Made by a program: the position numbers and the translations under genes
Notes under the pieces: model-generated
Databases searched by the model: none
What the model saw: the letters and a program-made list of their open reading frames with translations, nothing else
What the model was told of the DNA's origin: nothing
In this document: in pieces, positions 10,492 to 18,670 of the stretch
Numbering within the stretch: position 1 is the first letter of the stretch
Layout: every line of letters begins with the position of its first letter
Source of the DNA: Trichomonas gallinae
Taxonomy: Eukaryota
Length of the DNA: 27,085 nucleotides
Direction: 5' to 3'
NCBI GenBank assembly: GCA_008369845.1
Contig: MRSU01010797.1
Location: 62,001 to 89,085, forward strand

Positions 10492-10995
10492 ATGAAAATG
10501 AAAAATTCATTTTTTGCCAAGAAATTTTACATGACAAAATTTTTCAAAAAAAATGAATATTTTACTATGAATATCCCTGTCAAAATTGGTGAATTTACAC
10601 ATTTTTGCAAAATATTAGAGATATATAGCTCGAGAGAAAATGAATATTGAAAATTAAAATGATGATGACTATTTGCTTAAAAGTATGTACGAAATTGCGC
10701 CAACTTAAGCATTTATTAGCATCCTATGCGTAGATATAATCAATAAATTAAAGTTTTGCATTATTTGTGTTTTTTTTTTTTTGTTTTAAATTTGGGATTC
10801 GTGGTCTGAAGTGATGAAAAACGAATAGAGCGAAGTGTCGTGAGATATTCATTACCAAAAATACGTAATTGTTATATATAATGCTGAAAAACGATGAATT
10901 GTTGTCTATGTAACAAGCTTACTTTATTAATGCAATAAAGTAAACAATATTAGTATAACAAGTAGCATGTAAAATTGCGAAATGAATGAATTGAA

Positions 10996-11352
10996 TCATT
11001 TCGACATTGTAAGTTTACGTTTAGTAACAACTGACTTTGTATCTATATTTTCTATATCTGGTTGTGGTGTTTTCTGTGTCATTTTTAGATTGTTTAACAT
11101 TGCGAACAATTTATGGCCATGAGTACCTTTAAGAATAGCCTTATGTTCAGGCCTGCTTTTATTAGTCTGTTGTTGTGGATTTTCTGTTTTGTGTTGTGTT
11201 GTTATATCATTATTTTTAATTGTTTCTGGTTGAGATGGTTGTTTAACTGAAATAACGAATTTCTTATTGCAAATACTTTTGTATGGATTTGGTTTGTCAA
11301 TTGGTTCTTGTGGAATATCACAAAACAATACAGTTGATGAAGAAACTTCCAT
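10996..11352 (-). CDS. Small hypothetical protein (118 aa from ATG 11352)
   Basis: ATG at 11352 (MEVSSSTVLFCDIPQEP) is preceded by Inr-like TCAATTT. The longer ORF-track start at 11400 is possible but lies only 38 bp from the tRNA. Confidence 0.6.
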   Translation of the reverse strand: MEVSSSTVLFCDIPQEPIDKPNPYKSICNKKFVISVKQPSQPETIKNNDITTQHKTENPQQQTNKSRPEHKAILKGTHGHKLFAMLNNLKMTQKTPQPDIENIDTKSVVTKRKLTMSK

Positions 11353-11437
11353 AAAAATAAATTGAAAAAGAAATTTTTGTCTTGTAAAGGAGATTTTCAT
11401 ATTATTTCGTATTTATAAAAAACATTAAAGTGAGTTA

Positions 11438-11509
11438 TCCGATATCGTTCAGCGGTTAGGATATGTGGTTTTCATCCACAGGATCGGGGTTCGACTCCCC
11501 GTATCGGAA
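11438..11509 (+). tRNA. tRNA-Glu (anticodon TTC)
   Basis: Cloverleaf: acceptor TCCGATA/TATCGGA, D arm GTTC-AGCGGTTA-GGAT, anticodon stem TGTGG/CCACA with loop TT-TTC-AT, T arm CGGGG-TTCGACT-CCCCG. 72 nt, no intron, no encoded CCA. Confidence 0.97.
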
Positions 11510-11514
11510 AAGTC

Positions 11515-11521
11515 TTTTTTT
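11515..11521 (+). terminator. RNA polymerase III oligo-T terminator
   Basis: T7 run beginning 6 nt after the tRNA discriminator base. Confidence 0.85.
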
Positions 11522-11668
11522 CTTTTATACTTTTTTGTTGAAATTCCATATATGAATATAGTTAAATCTATAATAGTCTAATGAAAAATAGACATATATG
11601 AATGGGTGAATTGTAAAATCGAATTCAAACTACAATGCATTTACAAACAAATTTAAAAAGATATTAAA

Positions 11669-12238
11669 TCACCAAACAGTGAGTCGTTTTGTTGGACTTT
11701 GAATGATTGTTGATGATGGTCTGTGTTCTTCTTTCCTATAAGGCTGTTTATTTAAGAAATAAGGAGGATTATCTTTATCAATGAAAATTGATAAGAAATT
11801 ATCATATAATGCGCTTCCTACAGATTCACCCTTGAAAACATACGCAGGAAAATTAAGTAATTTGTGAGGGCAAAGAATCGCTTTACAATATTCGAGAGCA
11901 AAGGCATGGCAGTTATGATTTAGGATGTTATACCTATTAGAAAGCCATTCTTCTCTTAATGACATTTGTCTTGCGATTCTTTTACATTCTTCGATCGTAT
12001 ATTCTGAAGTTCCAAGGTCATATGATGAGTAAAATGATCCTGACATACTTGATGGCAGCATATTTATATGATTCGCATAATCAACACCCGTACATCCCGT
12101 TTTATAAAAACCGTAATAAACTTCGAAAGCATCACCAACGACAACACTAGTATGATAGACGCCAAGTTTTGACTTCCTAAATAATGAATTGGCTTTGGTT
12201 AAGTCATATACATTAACGCGGATCCTGGCTCCTTCCAT
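11669..12238 (-). CDS. PPPDE/DeSI family (C97) deSUMOylase/deubiquitinase-like peptidase
   Basis: From ATG 12238: IRVNVYDL, GVYHTSVVV (catalytic His), YNILNHNCHAF (catalytic Cys). The upstream ORF-track extension to 12316 is AT-rich promoter-like sequence. Confidence 0.9.
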   Translation of the reverse strand: MEGARIRVNVYDLTKANSLFRKSKLGVYHTSVVVGDAFEVYYGFYKTGCTGVDYANHINMLPSSMSGSFYSSYDLGTSEYTIEECKRIARQMSLREEWLSNRYNILNHNCHAFALEYCKAILCPHKLLNFPAYVFKGESVGSALYDNFLSIFIDKDNPPYFLNKQPYRKEEHRPSSTIIQSPTKRLTVW

Positions 12239-12622
12239 TGATGAAAAATTTTGTAAATTTAAAACGTACATTTCACCGTAGAAATTTTGACAATTTGAAA
12301 GGTTTATATTTGACATGTAAAGTTGTGTCGGATTTTATAATCTCAGTATAAAAAATCGGTTCGCGCCTCCAAATTCGCAACTATAGCAGGCTGCTATCAA
12401 TATAATACATTTTAGTGTCAATAGAGGATTAATGTCTATCCTGCCAACTATAATAAAACCGAATATAAAACCAGGAATTAAAATTGATTTTTCTATTGTT
12501 TTGTTATTAAAGCTATTTGCTCTGTAAATTGGCTGATTTATGATTATGTGATTCTGATGCATGCTGGATAATGAATTAAATCGAATAATTTGAATAAAAT
12601 ATCATAAGTCGATTCGAAAAAT

Positions 12623-12714
12623 TGCCATGTAAATAGTAAATAAATGTCGTGTAAATGACAAAAATGCCGTGTAATCTTGGTAAATTGACTTGTAAATCGT
12701 AAAATTGACGTAAA
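12623..12714 (+). repeat. Array of five phased G(N)CNTGTAA-type motifs in the PPPDE/Rab11 divergent promoter
   Basis: Copies at 12624, 12646, 12666, 12687 and 12707 (spacing 22, 20, 21, 20). The last is a shortened GACGTAAA. Confidence 0.75.
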
Positions 12715-12751
12715 TCCGATGGGAAAAAATTAACGATAGAAATAAAAAATC

Positions 12752-12772
12752 GACGGTTTTTATCTAATCATT
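12752..12772 (+). promoter_or_regulatory. M3 (GACGGTT) plus Inr (TCATT) core promoter of Rab11
   Basis: GACGGTT at 12752-12758 and TCATT at 12768-12772, with ATG at 12777. Matches known trichomonad core elements. Confidence 0.75.
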
Positions 12773-12776
12773 TTAC

Positions 12777-13412
12777 ATGGACACTACAGAACCAGACTAT
12801 CTTCTTAAGATTGTCCTTATTGGTGATTCAGGTGTTGGTAAGACAAACCTCCTGTCCAGATTCGCTCGCGACCAGTTCAACCCAGACTCTAAATCAACAA
12901 TTGGTGTCGAATTCGCAACAAAAACACTCGAACTTGAGGGCAAAACAATCAAGGCCCAGATTTGGGATACAGCAGGCCAAGAAAGATATCGTGCTATCAC
13001 TTCTGCTTATTATCGCGGTGCTATTGGTGCCTTACTTTTGTACGATATCACTGCTTCCCTCACTTTTAACTCTTTGGAGAGATGGTTGAAGGAACTTCGT
13101 GAGAATGCTGACAGCAACATCGTTGTTATGTTAGTAGGAAATAAGTGCGATCTCACAGAACAGCGTGCTGTCTCTACCCAGAACGCCACTGAGTTTTCAC
13201 AGGCTCAGAACCTTCTTTTCATTGAGACTTCTGCTCGTGAAGCAACAAATGTTCAGGAAGCATTTTTGACACTCATTCGTGAGATAGTCCATAAGCTCTC
13301 TAAACAGAATATTGCAAGCGAGGAGAAGGCTCCAGTCCAGGAAACACCAAGACAGGGCGTTTCGATCACGCAGACAAAGAACCCAGAAGAAAAGAAGAAG
13401 GGATGCTGCTAA
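12777..13412 (+). CDS. rab11: Rab11-family small GTPase
   Basis: GDSGVGKT, effector [27 protein letters not shown] (Rab11 signature), NKCD, ETSA and a C-terminal CC prenylation motif. Confidence 0.95.
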   Translation: MDTTEPDYLLKIVLIGDSGVGKTNLLSRFARDQFNPDSKSTIGVEFATKTLELEGKTIKAQIWDTAGQERYRAITSAYYRGAIGALLLYDITASLTFNSLERWLKELRENADSNIVVMLVGNKCDLTEQRAVSTQNATEFSQAQNLLFIETSAREATNVQEAFLTLIREIVHKLSKQNIASEEKAPVQETPRQGVSITQTKNPEEKKKGCC

Positions 13413-14089
13413 ATAACATGGATTTACTTTCAATTTTATTATAAATGATCTTTGCTTAAGTTTTTGTACATATAATCACTATTTAATTTAATTTCAATTT
13501 TTTAGTCGCGTTGCCTCATGGCATGATCATAATTTTTATGTAAAGTGCCTCATAATAATACCACATAATTGCGTATTGGCTAGTTTCATAAAGGAATATA
13601 ATAAAAATTTAATAATCAATAATGTAGACCCATAACATTTATAATATTCTATAATTGCCCAAAAATAAGGTTTTGTAAATGAAATTATCAAATGGCTTTT
13701 AATATAAAATAATTGAATTTAATAAAATCAAAGTTTGCACAATATTTATATTATATTCATGAATATCTACGTATATTTATATTATTTCATGATATATAGC
13801 ATCTATTGATTTGTTACTGATGAAAAAAAGATAGAATTATGTAATACGCATTGTTTGACAATGATATAGTATTCCATTTGTCTTGCTTAATGAAATGCTA
13901 ATGTAAAATTATTCGTGTGCAAAAATTATTATAGAGTTTGCAAAATAAAACTTTGCCCGAGAAAATTTTGAAAATTTAAAACAATTTTTAATATAAAATC
14001 CATAATGTATATCATGAGCTGATTCCAAAAATCAAATCAAAACCCGAAAATTAATCCCATTTCTTCGTTCAATATAAAAAAAAAGGAAA

Positions 14090-15166
14090 ATGACATCGAG
14101 CGATTTTGCTCTACCACAAGAGATTTGGAAACGCTGGAGTAGCCCCGACTACGACTCCCTCAGGCAGGCGGTGATAGTCTTTGGCGGAAATACGACGAAA
14201 GAAGCAGCAATTGAAGCTTATTCAAATGTCTCTCTTTATTATCAAGACAAAGAAGGCACGAGCATGATCAAAGGCACATTTTACTTAACAAGCAGTCGCC
14301 TTGCATTCCTTCCTAATAACCAAATCCCGCATCCTCAGCTTGTTGTTCTCAGATACGATTTATTACGCTCTTTGGCAGGTTTTCGAAACGACCTTTCTAT
14401 TACAGTCAAAGATAACTCGGGATCTGTAGCAAATTTCAAGTTCGCAAACGCTAAAGCGCTTTATCAATGCTTCCATCTTTTAAGAGGACTCGCAGAAGCT
14501 ATCAGAATGAAAAATCCTGAATATATTAAAACAGTATATCAGCTTGTCACTACGCCAGCTCGCGATGAAACACCTTTTGCAGCGATCGAATTTGATTTAC
14601 CTGAATGCAATGAATCAAAGAACTTAGAATTCACTGCCCCTAACGCTATGGATCCAATTGCTGAAGAAGATGACCATAGAAATGACGCTCTCGTAGTTTT
14701 CTTGCAGCCTATCAAATCAATGATTGATTATTGCAATCACTTGCACTTCGATATCCACATCAAGCTGAGAATTCTCTTCTTTATTGGTGTAATCTCCTTC
14801 ATTCTTAAATTTATTCCGTTATTACCATTTTGCGGCGCAATTATCGCAGGAGTACAATTATATCACGTCTGGGCATTCATAAAGGGTAACATGAAGGACG
14901 ATGTCAGCGAATCGTTCTCTGGTCAGCATTTTGAAGGCTATGAGCATCTCAGGCAATTTTATCAAGGATATTTCATGTGGAAGAACCAGAGTAAGTGCTT
15001 GAAGCTGTTCGCTGTTTCCTTATCAGTATTCTTCGGTTGGGTAATTTTCCCACCAAAATTATACTACACAGTAATATTTGGTTCATATGCTTTCTTCCTC
15101 ATCTATCCATTGCTGAGGAGCAACATTTACCAAGAAGTCGTCAACGGATTCTGGTACTCAACATAA
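14090..15166 (+). CDS. GRAM/PH-like domain protein with C-terminal membrane hairpins
   Basis: IKGTFYLTSSRLAF is a GRAM-type motif. Two long hydrophobic segments lie around aa 227-263 and 303-342. Confidence 0.75.
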   Translation: MTSSDFALPQEIWKRWSSPDYDSLRQAVIVFGGNTTKEAAIEAYSNVSLYYQDKEGTSMIKGTFYLTSSRLAFLPNNQIPHPQLVVLRYDLLRSLAGFRNDLSITVKDNSGSVANFKFANAKALYQCFHLLRGLAEAIRMKNPEYIKTVYQLVTTPARDETPFAAIEFDLPECNESKNLEFTAPNAMDPIAEEDDHRNDALVVFLQPIKSMIDYCNHLHFDIHIKLRILFFIGVISFILKFIPLLPFCGAIIAGVQLYHVWAFIKGNMKDDVSESFSGQHFEGYEHLRQFYQGYFMWKNQSKCLKLFAVSLSVFFGWVIFPPKLYYTVIFGSYAFFLIYPLLRSNIYQEVVNGFWYST

Positions 15167-15494
15167 TCCTATATTGTATTTTTGTGAATAAATTATCTTT
15201 CATTATGGAAATGTTATTACTATGACCCCAAGCCGCATACAACCTCACCATAATTAAAATGGTTAAAAATATTTAAAATACAAAGTCATTATTTCTATTT
15301 ATAATGGAAAATTTAGCGAGAAAGTCATCATGAAGAGGATAAATTTTTTATTTCATTTCAAAAAAATTATATTTTGATTTATGAATCAATTATTTAATGA
15401 TTCCCAAGGTTTAAAAGAGTTTAATGTAATGTTTTAATGTAAAAGAGATTTATGTATAAAATATAAACAAAGTAAAAATAATATTATCAAATTC

Positions 15495-16391
15495 TCATTT
15501 TGACGCCTTTCTCTTATAAAGGTCCCAAACAGCAATTCCACGGTCATCTCCAGCACTCGCAAAAATGTCGTTTTCTGCAAATGCGACTGTGTGAATTCCT
15601 CCTCGATGATGCTTGAGAACAGCCAAAGGCGTCTTCTTCTTTGCGTCGAACAACCTGACTCTTCCATCCCAGCCGGACAATGCCCAGATCCTTCCATCGG
15701 ATCTGACGGCGATGTCATCAATTCCAGCGTGCGGCATCTCGTAAAAAGATGAATGAGAAGAAGGAGTGACATCATAGACACTTTTTTCGCTGCCTCCTAC
15801 TAAGCAGCGCTCTTCACCAAGCATGCAAATTGACACACTTGGATCTGTGCGTCCTAGTGATTGCGACCAAACTGGCTCGACTGAATTTCGCTGATCAATT
15901 ATAATAACATTGGAATCTTCAAGGCAAACACCAACATAATTATCGTAAACTGATATGTCCATGACCATTCCGTGGTCTTTAAATGTTGAAATCGGAAACC
16001 AATTTGAGGAATTCATATCATAAATGCAAAGTTTTCCATTGAATGCGTCTGCGAAGAAAATATCGGTATCTTTAAGTCTGCAGCCAGCAAATCCATGTGA
16101 TTGATCTGTGGCAATTTCGTTTATAGGTTTCATTGTGTTTATATCAAAAATTAATAGTCTTCCTAATCTACTATTTGCACAAATTATGTTATCATTGGCA
16201 CATGCACGGAGTAATCCATCATCTCCTTCTTTATATTTACTTAAAGTCTGTTCAACTCTGCGAGTTTCGAGATTCCACACAAGAAGCTCATTTCCTGTTG
16301 ATGTAGATATCAATTTCCCCTTATGGAAGCATACAGATGTAACAGATTGCTGATGAGCTCTAAGCACAGTAATTGGCGGCGGTGGCTCCAT
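15495..16391 (-). CDS. GNB1L: WD40 protein of the GNB1L/Asa1 family
   Basis: N-terminal PPPPITVLRAH and C-terminal GIDDIAVRSDGRIWALSGWDGRVRLF...PLAVLKHH...DRGIAVWDLY match the recalled GNB1L/Asa1 signature. Confidence 0.8.
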   Translation of the reverse strand: MEPPPPITVLRAHQQSVTSVCFHKGKLISTSTGNELLVWNLETRRVEQTLSKYKEGDDGLLRACANDNIICANSRLGRLLIFDINTMKPINEIATDQSHGFAGCRLKDTDIFFADAFNGKLCIYDMNSSNWFPISTFKDHGMVMDISVYDNYVGVCLEDSNVIIIDQRNSVEPVWSQSLGRTDPSVSICMLGEERCLVGGSEKSVYDVTPSSHSSFYEMPHAGIDDIAVRSDGRIWALSGWDGRVRLFDAKKKTPLAVLKHHRGGIHTVAFAENDIFASAGDDRGIAVWDLYKRKASK

Positions 16392-16670
16392 TATTATTTA
16401 AGGGGGTATCACCTTAAATTTGACACTTGGCATGTAAACTAGAATTTTCTGTTTTGTAAAAATTTATATGTCATAAAAAATGCAATTTTCACATAGGGAT
16501 ATTTTATCTTTACAACACATGCAAAAAGTATTAATTTTATTATGAATTCATAGAACATAATTCGGTAGAATTAGTATTATCTATATTCTTGATATGAGCA
16601 TGTAAATATGATCCATGAATCAAATAGAAGACTTTTTATAACACAAGCAAATTTACATCAAATTAATACA

Positions 16671-16838
16671 TGTCATGTAAATATAGTTTTTGTCGTGTAA
16701 ATAAAAATTTTGTATGTAAACAATTTTTTGTCACGTAAAATAAAATTGTCTCTGTATATATGTCATGTAAAAATATTTTTGTCGTGTAAATATTATTTTG
16801 TCACGTAAAATAAAATTGCCAATAAATATATGTCGTGT
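16671..16838 (+). repeat. Array of about eight TGTCRYGTAAA motifs with higher-order duplication
   Basis: Copies at 16672, 16692, 16712, 16730, 16762, 16781, 16800 and 16832 (spacing 20, 20, 18, 32, 19, 19, 32). Block 16671-16760 is largely repeated at 16761-16830. Confidence 0.85.
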
Positions 16839-18224
16839 TGTTTGAAAAAGCTTTGTTTTGATGATAGGCATGTAACAGATAGTGATTCACTGGAAAACAC
16901 AATTAAAACAAAGAAACATGTTAGTCACATGTGGGATGAAAAAAATCTAAAAGAATTTTTTAATATGGTTCAATTTTTAAAATTTATGAAGCATCCTGCG
17001 CTAGAGACTAATTTTGCATTTTCATTAGCATATGGATCAAAGGCTGGATTAAAACTATTTTATCCTGAAAGAGAAAAATTTGATTTTCAAAAATGTGATA
17101 TAAAGGTTTTGATTTACGCAATTGTAAACTGCTTGCTTTATATGCATAAAAATGGATATTCTGATGACAAAATCATTCATATTAATAATCAAAATCAAAT
17201 TGAAAATGTTTATTCATTGGAAGAAGATGGTAAATACTATCCAATTATTCAGCTTCTTCCACCTAATATCTATCGAAGCAGAAAAATCAGTACAACAAGA
17301 CGAAGAATTGATAATTATGATTTTTCAAAGTCGTATTCCGCGATTTTAGAAAATTTTCATAGTTTTCTTTATGCTATTCCTATGGAACAGACGCAAAAAT
17401 TGACTTTTTTAAATGATGAAAAATTTAATAAAGATAATCTTGAAGATTATCTGAAAGCCCTCGAAACAGACAACAATGTGAAAAATTACAAGACCATGAT
17501 TGATAAATGCAGCCAAATTGAAGTTGATAAACCATTTATAGAATATGTGCTCGATTTTATTGGAGATGATGATAATCCAACAAAAGATTACGTCAAGTAC
17601 AAGAAAATAAAAGAATTCAAAAGTAATACGATCAATCCTCAAAATTTCGCAATTTTATCTTTAATTTATCATTATAATCTCTGGGGTCCACCAAACCCAT
17701 ATCGTGAAATCAGCAACTTCAACAAAGCATATGTATTAGAGGAACAAATAGAATATGATGATTTCAAACTCGCTCTTTATAATGACCACAAATATAAAGA
17801 AACGAGCGACTATAGATACTTTTATGAAGCTGTTAGATACTACAGAAAATGTCTAAAAGAAAATAATGAATATTCAAGCTTTATTAAATACAGACTTGCG
17901 AAACTTGATGGAAATAACATGATACTATTGAAAGAAGCAGCTGATGATGGAAATCCATATGCAATCTATTCGTATGCAAAAAGGATTTATGAATATAATA
18001 TCGAAGAAGCCTTGGAATATGCCAAAATGGCAGCAAAATCAAGGTATGAAGGAAAGATTTTAGCTTGCCAAATACAAGTCAACACTCTGATTTACTTGCA
18101 AACGCAGGAAGAATATGATAAACTCAAAGCATTGGTTTCTGAAATGTTTGAGCCTGAAGATCCAAATGGTATAGAGTTTATGAGACGAGCCAACATAATA
18201 ATTTCAATGAATTCTCAAACATAA
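16830..18224 (+). CDS. Degenerate kinase-like (pseudokinase) domain plus Sel1/TPR-like repeats
   Basis: EFFNMVQFLKFMKHPAL is alphaC-like and LIYAIVNCLLYMHKNG is alphaE-like, but there is no HRD, DFG or APE. C-terminal EAVRYYRK, LLKEAADDGNPYAIYSYA and EEALEYAKMAA are Sel1-like. Confidence 0.7.
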   Translation: MSCCLKKLCFDDRHVTDSDSLENTIKTKKHVSHMWDEKNLKEFFNMVQFLKFMKHPALETNFAFSLAYGSKAGLKLFYPEREKFDFQKCDIKVLIYAIVNCLLYMHKNGYSDDKIIHINNQNQIENVYSLEEDGKYYPIIQLLPPNIYRSRKISTTRRRIDNYDFSKSYSAILENFHSFLYAIPMEQTQKLTFLNDEKFNKDNLEDYLKALETDNNVKNYKTMIDKCSQIEVDKPFIEYVLDFIGDDDNPTKDYVKYKKIKEFKSNTINPQNFAILSLIYHYNLWGPPNPYREISNFNKAYVLEEQIEYDDFKLALYNDHKYKETSDYRYFYEAVRYYRKCLKENNEYSSFIKYRLAKLDGNNMILLKEAADDGNPYAIYSYAKRIYEYNIEEALEYAKMAAKSRYEGKILACQIQVNTLIYLQTQEEYDKLKALVSEMFEPEDPNGIEFMRRANIIISMNSQT

Positions 18225-18670
18225 TAAAATCTGTTATATTCTATCGAATTAACTTTTAAACATGATATATATAATAAGAACTTTGATTTTCATATATGTA
18301 TATATATATTTTCAAGTATTGATTTCAATTGAATTAAATATATGTAAAATCAAAACAAATTAAGTCAAATCTTGCACTAATTAGGCTATTTATAGTGAAT
18401 CAAAGTGTGTAGCAAGAATAATTAACTGATTTTTTTTTATTTTGCATTATATACTATTGATACAACTAATTATATGCCTGCTTGTATGAAATAACGCAAT
18501 ATAGCGATATCAAACTGACATTAAATTTCAATATTTAATATTGAATTATTTTATAAAAAAAAAATGCAGATTGCAATAAAATATATGATGGATTTTGTTA
18601 TAATATGAAAGATTTTGGGGTTATTTTTGAAAAATAAAAAAAATTGAAAAATAACATAGATTTTTAAAAA

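Noticed and set aside
16671..16838. CRISPR-like repeat/spacer array
   Set aside because: Repeats are only ~11 bp with ~9-bp AT-rich spacers, there are no cas genes, and the context is eukaryotic.
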